32,530 bases of DNA from a virus (lineage: Duplodnaviria; Caudoviricetes): positions 1 to 32,530 of the IMG/VR virus record IMGVR_UViG_3300032285_001165. The stretch is one strand, 5' to 3'. Made by a program: the position numbers and the translations under genes. The notes beneath the pieces are model-generated. The model was not told the DNA's origin and did no database searches. It saw only the letters and a list, made by a program, of their open reading frames with translations. Positions 25,199 to 32,530 of the stretch are shown here, piece after piece (within the stretch, counting starts at the first letter, position 1; every line of letters starts with the position of its first letter).

Positions 25199-26631
25199 GT
25201 ACAGTAGTCGAGCTACTGAAAGATCCTGAGACACGAGAACGATTCAAGAAGCTTGACCCACGCCAACAACTGACTATCCAGTGGCGTGCTAAGTGGAACA
25301 GCAAAGCACACAAGTTCCAGCTTGAACCTGTCGGTGACTGGTGGAATATCTGGTTGATGCTCGGAGGACGAGGATCAGGCAAGACACGCACATCAGCGGA
25401 GACACTGGGATATTGGGCGGCAAGTGAACCCAACACCCGCTGGCTAGTCTCCGCTCCCACCAGCTCCGACCTACGCAATACCTGCTTCGAGGGTGAGTCA
25501 GGACTGATGGCGGTGATCCCTGCACCACTAATCGTTGACTACAACAAATCCCTGCACCAGATCAAGCTCTGGAACGGATCCATCATCACTGGTGTCCCAG
25601 CGTCAGAACCTGAGCGTCACCGTGGTGGTCAGTACCATGGAGCGTGGCTGGACGAATTGGCGGCGTGGGACTACCTCCAAGAGACATGGGACATGATCCA
25701 GTTCTCTGTCCGTCTGAAGGGTAAGCGTGGCACCAAGATACTGTGCTCCACCACCCCGAAGCCAAAGCCATTGATCATGGATCTGCTGTCCCGTGAAGGG
25801 GATGATGTCACCATCACCAAGGCATCGACCTATGTGAACATCGCCAACCTAGCGCCAGCATTCCAGAAACAGATCCTCCAATACGAGGGAACCAACCTTG
25901 GACGGCAAGAGATCCATGCGGAGATCATCGACCCTGAGGAGGGTGGCATCGTCAAGAGGGATTGGTTCAGGCTTTGGCCCGACAAGAAACCATTCCCCAA
26001 GCTGGAGTACATCATCCAGTCCTATGACTGTGCGACCTCTGACAAGACCTACAACGATCCCACAGGCTCGATCACCATGGGCGTGTTCAAGCCTCTGGAC
26101 GGTGGCATGTCTGTCATGATCCTCGACTGCTGGCAAGAGCACCTTCAATACCCTGACCTGCGCCCCAAGGTGCTGGAAGAGTATGAGACCGTCTACGGTG
26201 AAGGGAAGGAGCGCAAGCTGGTGGATCTGGTGCTGGTAGAGGACAAGTCCGCAGGTATCTCACTCATTCAGGACTTACAGCGTGCCCACCTGCCAGTGCA
26301 TGCGTACAACCCCGGTCGTGCCGATAAAGTCCAACGCCTGTCAATCGTCGCCAACATCATCAAAGCAGGACGAGTCTGGGTACCAGAGTCAAGCAAGCGC
26401 AAAGGGTATGTGCGTGACTGGGCAGAAGGCATGGTGTCTCAGATCTGTTCATTCCCTGAGGGAACCGAGCACGACGAGTTTGTGGATTGCATCTCCCAAG
26501 GATTACGCTATCTTCGTGACGCAGGATGGATTAGTATTGATGCACCACCACGAGAAGAGATTGACATTGAAGATATCAGCGACGCAGAGATCTACAATAA
26601 GCGTGGCAGAGAAAACCCATATGCTGTGTAA
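25195..26631 (+). CDS. terL: Terminase large subunit
   Basis: GGRGSGKT Walker A, WLDE Walker B, STTP, nuclease residues SYD and HDEFVD. Confidence 0.95.
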   Translation: MSTVVELLKDPETRERFKKLDPRQQLTIQWRAKWNSKAHKFQLEPVGDWWNIWLMLGGRGSGKTRTSAETLGYWAASEPNTRWLVSAPTSSDLRNTCFEGESGLMAVIPAPLIVDYNKSLHQIKLWNGSIITGVPASEPERHRGGQYHGAWLDELAAWDYLQETWDMIQFSVRLKGKRGTKILCSTTPKPKPLIMDLLSREGDDVTITKASTYVNIANLAPAFQKQILQYEGTNLGRQEIHAEIIDPEEGGIVKRDWFRLWPDKKPFPKLEYIIQSYDCATSDKTYNDPTGSITMGVFKPLDGGMSVMILDCWQEHLQYPDLRPKVLEEYETVYGEGKERKLVDLVLVEDKSAGISLIQDLQRAHLPVHAYNPGRADKVQRLSIVANIIKAGRVWVPESSKRKGYVRDWAEGMVSQICSFPEGTEHDEFVDCISQGLRYLRDAGWISIDAPPREEIDIEDISDAEIYNKRGRENPYAV

Positions 26632-26632
26632 C

Positions 26633-26649
26633 TACTAATCGGATTAGTA
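26633..26649. repeat. Palindrome A copy immediately after the terL stop
   Basis: TACTAATCGGATTAGTA. Confidence 0.85.
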
Positions 26650-26662
26650 TCAAGGAGAGGTA

Positions 26663-26884
26663 ATGAGTGATGACTTCATGTATAGCGAACAAGCGAATGG
26701 CTCTTACAAGCGGGTCGTCAACCTCGACGGAGTCCGAACGACCATCTGTGAAAACAGGTTCGAGATCCTTGTGTCACCTAACAGTGAAGTCTGGGAGCAA
26801 GTGTCAGTCCAGTTGCTCAAAGACTGGATCAAGTGGCGAAAAGATCAAGCGGAGTTGCGAGAGCCTAGGGATTTGCCAGAGTGA
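26663..26884 (+). CDS. Hypothetical protein
   Basis: 73 aa, GGAGAGG RBS. Confidence 0.7.
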   Translation: MSDDFMYSEQANGSYKRVVNLDGVRTTICENRFEILVSPNSEVWEQVSVQLLKDWIKWRKDQAELREPRDLPE

Positions 26885-26925
26885 TGGTCGTTGCTCAGAT
26901 TGCAAGCACATAGCATAATTAGGGT

Positions 26926-29445
26926 ATGAAGAAAAAGCCCTCCACCAAACAGATGCGACAGGAACTTCGTCAGAAGGGCTTGGATGCATTCTTGAAGGAT
27001 AGCAAGATCAAAGAGCGTTTGTATCACGCTACCCCAGCTAACTTCAAAGAGTTCAAACCCGGTGGGAAAGACCCAACCATGAGCGGTAAAGCGATATGGA
27101 TGTCGATGGATCCTGAGAGACAACCCGCCGCGCACAACATCCACAACTACTTTGGCAAAGAACCGTACAAAGAGGGCGTGCATGTCATGCCCTTGCATGT
27201 CCAAGCCAAGAATCCAATGGTGCTTGATGACAAGACCATGATCGAGTGGGCGAGAGAAGCATTCGCTGGTGGAAGCAAAGAGTTCCCAGAACTGTTGACT
27301 CCTGAATGGATCGACGCAGTCAGGAAAGAAGGATATGACAGCATCCACTTTGCCGATCCCTATGACCATGGCGATCCACACGAAGTGATCATGTTTGAAC
27401 CCCATAAGATCAAATCAGCCATCGGCAACCGTGGTACATACGACACAACTAAGAAAGACATCACCAAGGCAAGCGGTGGTGAAGTGTCTGTTGATCAGAT
27501 GCGTCACGAGCTGGTGATGAAAGGACATAGACTCCACCCAGTACGGCACGAAGCCAAAGGTGGAAGCGCCAAAGAGCCCAAGAGCACCGTGAAGGCGTAC
27601 AAGCTGTTCCGTGTGCATGAGAAGCATCCGGGCAAGTTGTTCCCTCTCTTCGTCGATGCCAACACCCCAGTCGAGATGGGCAAGTGGATCGATGCCAAAT
27701 CGGGAGAGATGAAGGGTGACAAGGTAAAGAGCAAGATTGGCCCATTGGCGTATAGACCGGGCTGGCACGCAGGTGATGTACCCGTCGCCACTCACATCGG
27801 TGAGAAGTCCGACCCAGCAAACATGGTGGACATGCCACCAGACACTCGTCCCCATAATCATGTGTGGGCTGAGATCGAGATGCCCAACGATGTCGATTGG
27901 CAGTCCGTCGCCAACGAGCGTGGTATGAACGCCAAGGGCAAGCTCATCGCACGCAACGCACACATCACTGACCAGATACCCAAGGGCGGTCACTACCGAT
28001 ACAAGACCAACTCCAACATGACTGGTAACTGGCTCATTGGTGGATCGATGAAGGTCAACCGCATACTGGGTGACAAAGAGGTCGAGCGCATCAATAAGAA
28101 GGCAGGCGTAGCAGATCTACCTCGTGCCCAACCGTTCAATAAAAAAGCATTCGGACTGGCTTCTGGTGGTGGTGTCGGTGGCATCGCTCCTGAGGAATGG
28201 GTCGCTGAAGAGCATGTAAACCATCTCATATCAGATGGCGCACTCAAGATGTCTAAGGGTGGAAGCATGGCAGAGCTCATGCACCACATACGAGAGATTG
28301 AAGGCAAGTATGGTGCCGATCGCCTACAGCGTGCACTGGACGAGATCCCCAACCTAGAGCACATGTTCGACTACGACGCATTGCGTCAGGCATTCAGTGG
28401 TGACAACGCTAAAGCGCTCATGACCATGAACCCTGCTGACTTTGAGAAGTATGCAACGCAGTTGAAGGGAAACCAAACAACAGGCGCACACACACCTAGT
28501 CTGGAAGAAAGAATCAAAGGGCACAAGGCACATAAGACCGACCTGTCAACAGAAGACTATGTCAAGTACCTGCAACAAATTAACAAGTTCAGAGACATCC
28601 CGTTTCTACAGATTGACAAGGAAGAGGTGGGCTTACCACTGACTCCGTTTATCTCTGGGCACGAAGGTCGTCACCGTAGCAGGTCGATGGCAGGTCGTGG
28701 CGTGGATAAGAGTCTAGTGATCCTTCACCCCCGCTCAGAATTGCGTGAACCCTTCCCTCGTCGTTACCGTGACGAGTACATTGACGCATTGAAGAAAGAG
28801 CTGGAGATGACCAACAACATGGTCAAGCCTCAGCAAGACAAGTCGAACCCACGCCCAGCGATCAAGATGCCTGACATCTATGCATCAGGTGGTGATGTGC
28901 ACCCCATGGGGATCAATGTCAAGACCGACAAGAAAGCTGGGCTTAGATATGCTGACCTGATTGTGGATGGACACAAGAAATTTGAAAGCCGTAATGGTGA
29001 CACCTTGCGTCCCTATGTGGGCAAGCGTGTAGCAATCGTCAGGACGGGCGAGGGCCCTGCCAAAGCAATCGGTGAGGTCACAGTCGGTGATCCTATGGTT
29101 GTCAACCGTAGGCAGTTCCGATCAATGGAGAGGCATCACCTAGTCCCAGAGGGTTCAGCGTTTGACATCCAGACAGAGACCAAGCACTTGTACCCAATGC
29201 ACAACCCTGTGAGATATGAGAAAGAGCGTGATGTCGGGCATGGCATCGTTGCACGCAAAGTTATCCACAAACAAACAGGTGGTGGCATTCCACCTGCTAC
29301 ACGATTAGCACTGGACGCACTGAGAGCACAAGCTCAAGCACGAGCACAACTCATGGATCAATACAACAAAGACACGGCAGGGATGTACACACATCAGATG
29401 CCGTCCTTCCAACAATGGTTGGCACAGCGCCAGCAAACAAACTAG
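26926..29445 (+). CDS. Multidomain polyvalent-type protein: ADP-ribosyltransferase-like, unknown domain, ParB/Srx-like and ASCH
   Basis: LYHAT...KNP...GYDSI...EVIMFEPHKIKSAIGN (ART-PolyVal pattern), GHEGRHR, YADLIVDGHKKFESR (ASCH pattern). Confidence 0.7.
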   Translation: MKKKPSTKQMRQELRQKGLDAFLKDSKIKERLYHATPANFKEFKPGGKDPTMSGKAIWMSMDPERQPAAHNIHNYFGKEPYKEGVHVMPLHVQAKNPMVLDDKTMIEWAREAFAGGSKEFPELLTPEWIDAVRKEGYDSIHFADPYDHGDPHEVIMFEPHKIKSAIGNRGTYDTTKKDITKASGGEVSVDQMRHELVMKGHRLHPVRHEAKGGSAKEPKSTVKAYKLFRVHEKHPGKLFPLFVDANTPVEMGKWIDAKSGEMKGDKVKSKIGPLAYRPGWHAGDVPVATHIGEKSDPANMVDMPPDTRPHNHVWAEIEMPNDVDWQSVANERGMNAKGKLIARNAHITDQIPKGGHYRYKTNSNMTGNWLIGGSMKVNRILGDKEVERINKKAGVADLPRAQPFNKKAFGLASGGGVGGIAPEEWVAEEHVNHLISDGALKMSKGGSMAELMHHIREIEGKYGADRLQRALDEIPNLEHMFDYDALRQAFSGDNAKALMTMNPADFEKYATQLKGNQTTGAHTPSLEERIKGHKAHKTDLSTEDYVKYLQQINKFRDIPFLQIDKEEVGLPLTPFISGHEGRHRSRSMAGRGVDKSLVILHPRSELREPFPRRYRDEYIDALKKELEMTNNMVKPQQDKSNPRPAIKMPDIYASGGDVHPMGINVKTDKKAGLRYADLIVDGHKKFESRNGDTLRPYVGKRVAIVRTGEGPAKAIGEVTVGDPMVVNRRQFRSMERHHLVPEGSAFDIQTETKHLYPMHNPVRYEKERDVGHGIVARKVIHKQTGGGIPPATRLALDALRAQAQARAQLMDQYNKDTAGMYTHQMPSFQQWLAQRQQTN

Positions 29446-29454
29446 GAAATCATC

Positions 29455-31341
29455 GTGAGCTTATTCGACTACGACAATTCCGAGCATGTCAGAAAGATCG
29501 CTGAACATCTCGCAAAGCACAAAAGCTTCAACAAGGTTCCAGACGCTCCCAAGCACTTGGGTGAAATGCTTTCGACAGGTAACTATCGACTCATGGAAGA
29601 TCCACGCACCCAGCAAGCAATGCGTAAAGCAGGTCATACTGGATACCACACGATGGAAAAGACTGGGAAGACACGCAACGCAATCCCACCATATATCGCA
29701 CACAAAGCTATCGGAGGAAGCATGGACGAACCAGCACACTCTCCATCACTGGCGCAAATGCGTCTACAGATCAACCAACACGCTAACCCTGCTCTGATGG
29801 ACAGCATTGGCGTGAATGAAGCTCTGGACATGGATCCCAAGATTTACATGAACCCTGATCCTCAAAAGACTGGCATGTCCTCTGTTGGTGGTGTAGCTGA
29901 TAGCAATGGCTTACCTGTCGGTGGTATCGACCAGAACCCCATGCAAGCTGGATCGCAATTGCTTCCGAACGCACTGGTTCAGCAACAGCAACAAGACCAG
30001 CAACAGCAAGGTCAAATTGGCGCTGGCGCACCTCAACAAGGTGGCACACCTCCTAACGCTCCACAGGGTCAGACACCACCCATGGGCAACATGCTATCGA
30101 TGACTCCCCAAGGTCAAGCACTGGGTGCGATGAAACCCCCTGCCCAGCCACAAGGACTTGCTGGTGGTGGTCAACCCAAAGAGCAACCCATCAAGATCAT
30201 GAAGAAGGAAGACTGGCAGTATGACGACTCACATCCAAGCACTGCCAATCTGTCACGAGCATTCAGAGAAGCGATAGATCACCATTTGAGCTTGTCACCT
30301 GAAGATCGCATGACCAATACGCACCTCGCTGAAGAAGGCGTAGCAGAACACATCGGTCGTGCCAAGACTGGCAAGATGAAGGGACGCTCACGAGACCTGC
30401 TAGGTAAGAACGCAAAGCTTCTCAAGTCAGAGAAGGGTAAAGCAGGATATGAACCCGTCACCCTCCCCGACGGGCGTGGCATTGAGACTACTGGTCTGGC
30501 TTTAGCGCCAGCATATGAGGAAGGCAAGTTCAACACCTGCCCCAACCATGCGTCATGCAAAGAGGAGTGTCTGGGCAAGACATCAGGCAACTACTTCAAG
30601 CTGGGTGGTGGGCCCGACCTCGATGCGTTCAAGGGTCCTCGCCTCAACAGCCTGCTCAAGACGCAAGCATTCTTGCGTGACCCACACTCATTTGCTGTGA
30701 AGCTCCACGACGAGATCGAGGCGGCTAAAGGGTTGGCGGCTAAGAACGGCAACCACTTGGGCATGCGATTGAATGTGTTGTCAGACATCAACCCTGAGGT
30801 GTATCGCCCTATCATAGAAGCTCACCCTGATGTGACCTTCTACGACTACACCAAGATGAAGTACAAGCCAATCGCTAAGAACCATCACTACACTTACTCC
30901 AGCACTGGTCTATCAGATGACGAAGTGACTAACCCGCACACCAACTGGCACCAGATGCGTGACCGTCTGGAGAGTGGTGACAATGTAGCGATGGCATTTA
31001 CCCATAAGCGCCACCTACCAAAGAGCGTGTTTGATGAAGAAAGTGGCAAGCACTACGATGTAATCGACGGTGACAGCCATGACTTCCGACCCTTGGACAA
31101 AGTAGCGTCTGGTGAGAAAGGCGTGATTGTTGGATTGAAGAACAAGAAAGCCACGGGTAAAATGGACGAAGCTCATATAGACTCTAACGGATTCTTTGCG
31201 AAGTACGATCCGAAAGAGCAGAAGACTTTGAATGCCAAAGGCAAACCGATCTTCGCAAAAGACAAGAGCGGTCTAACAATACCGACCAACGAAGTGGTTC
31301 ACATCAAACCACAAAAGAAGGTTAAACAAGGAGAAGAATGA
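29455..31341 (+). CDS. Protein with Q/P-rich N-terminal part and Gp88-like (radical-SAM-related) C-terminal domain
   Basis: TCPNHASCKEECL, RLNVLSD, FYDYTK, IDGDSHDFRPLD, IVGLK. Confidence 0.7.
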   Translation: MSLFDYDNSEHVRKIAEHLAKHKSFNKVPDAPKHLGEMLSTGNYRLMEDPRTQQAMRKAGHTGYHTMEKTGKTRNAIPPYIAHKAIGGSMDEPAHSPSLAQMRLQINQHANPALMDSIGVNEALDMDPKIYMNPDPQKTGMSSVGGVADSNGLPVGGIDQNPMQAGSQLLPNALVQQQQQDQQQQGQIGAGAPQQGGTPPNAPQGQTPPMGNMLSMTPQGQALGAMKPPAQPQGLAGGGQPKEQPIKIMKKEDWQYDDSHPSTANLSRAFREAIDHHLSLSPEDRMTNTHLAEEGVAEHIGRAKTGKMKGRSRDLLGKNAKLLKSEKGKAGYEPVTLPDGRGIETTGLALAPAYEEGKFNTCPNHASCKEECLGKTSGNYFKLGGGPDLDAFKGPRLNSLLKTQAFLRDPHSFAVKLHDEIEAAKGLAAKNGNHLGMRLNVLSDINPEVYRPIIEAHPDVTFYDYTKMKYKPIAKNHHYTYSSTGLSDDEVTNPHTNWHQMRDRLESGDNVAMAFTHKRHLPKSVFDEESGKHYDVIDGDSHDFRPLDKVASGEKGVIVGLKNKKATGKMDEAHIDSNGFFAKYDPKEQKTLNAKGKPIFAKDKSGLTIPTNEVVHIKPQKKVKQGEE

Positions 31342-31583
31342 TGGCGAAGTTGAAACTCAGCAAAGAAGACTTTTACCATCAGTTCCATGGGCACGAGCAC
31401 CACAATGACCCCGGTGATCATGTCAAACCTCGTTGGTACGAAGTCCCAAAGAAACTACGCAAAGCACATAAACCATTCGACTTCCACGCACATGCCAACA
31501 GAAAAGGCGGTAAGACAGTCGTGATCATCGCTAAAGATGTGCATGCTATGCGTCGTGAACTAGCAAAACATAAGGCTAAATAA
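31338..31583 (+). CDS. Small basic His-rich protein
   Basis: 81 aa, coupled to neighbours, ends KGG...AMRREL. Confidence 0.65.
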   Translation: MMAKLKLSKEDFYHQFHGHEHHNDPGDHVKPRWYEVPKKLRKAHKPFDFHAHANRKGGKTVVIIAKDVHAMRRELAKHKAK

Positions 31584-32530
31584 TGGCAGACGATATCAAC
31601 ATTGACGAACAAGAAGACGGCTCCGCAGTCGTCGATATGCCTGAGATTGAAACGGATGAGCTTCCTGACGGTTCAGCAATAGTTGACATCGATGATGGCC
31701 CCGAATTCAACCCTGAGTTCTACGACAACTTAGCAGACTCAATTGACCCCAGCACGCTGGGTGATCTCACCTTCCGTTACCTTGACTTGTTGGAATCCGA
31801 CAAGCAAGCTCGTGAGCTGAGAGACAAGCAATACGAAGAGGGAATCAAGCGCACTGGTATGGGTAATGATGCCCCCGGTGGTGCGACATTCATGGGCGCA
31901 TCCAAGGTGGTGCACCCTGCGATGGCTGAGGGCTGTGTGGACTTCGCCGCTCGTGCCATCAAAGAAATGTTCCCCCCAGATGGCCCCGTCAAGTCCAAGA
32001 TCATCGGCAAGCAAGACGACATGAAGTCCGCTATCTCCGATCGCAAGGTGGACTTTCTCAACTGGCAGATCACCGAGCAGATTGAAGAGTTCCGTGACGA
32101 GCAAGAACAACTCCTGACACAACTCCCATTGGGTGGATCACAGTACTTCAAACTCTGGTTTGACGAAGAGAAGAAGCGCCCATGCGTGGAGTTCTTGCCA
32201 ATTGATCGAGTAATTCTGCCGTTTGCGGCGACCAACTTCTACACCGCACAGAGAGCGGCTGAAGTCCACGAGATTACCACCCACGAGTTCGAGCGTCGCA
32301 TCAACTCTGGCATGTACCGTGACATTAGCTACATCAAAGCCTCTGAGTCAATTGAAGAGAACAAGGTACAGCAAGCCAACAACAAAGTTGAAGGTAAGAA
32401 GTTCGAGGAGAACAAAGACGGTCTGCGTAAGGTGTTCCACATCTACACATGGCTGGAGCTGGAAGACGACAAGAAGACTAAGGGCAAGAGTGCGCCTTAC
32501 ATCTTGATGATTGACGAGCTAGACAACGAA
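31583..32530 (+). CDS. Portal protein (N-terminal part, truncated by window)
   Basis: ATG 31583 (TAATG overlap), MADDINIDEQEDGSA...FYDNLA...GASKVVHPAMAEGCVDFAARAIKEMFPPDGPVK, position after terL. Absent from the ORF track, consistent with no stop inside the window. Confidence 0.8.
   Translation, partial: MADDINIDEQEDGSAVVDMPEIETDELPDGSAIVDIDDGPEFNPEFYDNLADSIDPSTLGDLTFRYLDLLESDKQARELRDKQYEEGIKRTGMGNDAPGGATFMGASKVVHPAMAEGCVDFAARAIKEMFPPDGPVKSKIIGKQDDMKSAISDRKVDFLNWQITEQIEEFRDEQEQLLTQLPLGGSQYFKLWFDEEKKRPCVEFLPIDRVILPFAATNFYTAQRAAEVHEITTHEFERRINSGMYRDISYIKASESIEENKVQQANNKVEGKKFEENKDGLRKVFHIYTWLELEDDKKTKGKSAPYILMIDELDNE

Noticed and set aside
1931-26536. Isolated half-sites TACTAATC/GATTAGTA at 1931, 3169, 16387 and 26529
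   Set aside because: Only 8-bp half matches, so not counted as full sites, although some may be weak sites
12010-26649. Palindrome A as a CRISPR repeat
   Set aside because: Copies are kilobases apart, only 17 bp long, with no spacer periodicity
31739-32507. Track ORFs 31739-32122, 31777-32235 and 32223-32507
   Set aside because: All overlap the portal reading frame starting at 31583
1-32530. Integrase, reverse transcriptase/DGR, transposase or DNA polymerase
   Set aside because: No recognisable motifs in this window, so lifestyle cannot be determined from it

Overview
A 32.5-kb segment of a tailed dsDNA phage genome with podovirus-like gene order. The host is probably a Gram-negative bacterium, which is inference only. 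The order is: tail/stabilisation and internal virion (ejection) genes (27-8698, +); a leftward operon with an SSB-like protein, lipoprotein, PD-(D/E)XK nuclease, C5 cytosine MTase and a CmoA-like enzyme (8777-12628, -); a rightward Cro-ParB-helicase-primase block; a structured non-coding interval; a 2OG-Fe(II) oxygenase, RuvC-like resolvase and many small early genes; then terS, terL, two multidomain cargo-like proteins and the start of the portal gene. Main findings: (1) the C5 MTase has Arg at the motif-X Asn position and is translationally coupled to a CmoA-like gene, a signature expected for 5-carboxymethylcytosine DNA modification; (2) a three-hairpin RNA at the 3' end of the late operon has loops complementary, in antiparallel order, to two elements in three early-gene leaders; (3) two internal virion proteins are extremely Cys-rich while their neighbours have none; (4) a polyprotein-like cargo protein has domains separated by a recurrent x-A/S-x-G-G motif; (5) there are three separate dispersed palindrome families, one a candidate parS-like site; (6) there is a C4-like antisense RNA. 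All calls come from motif recognition by eye and no searches were run.
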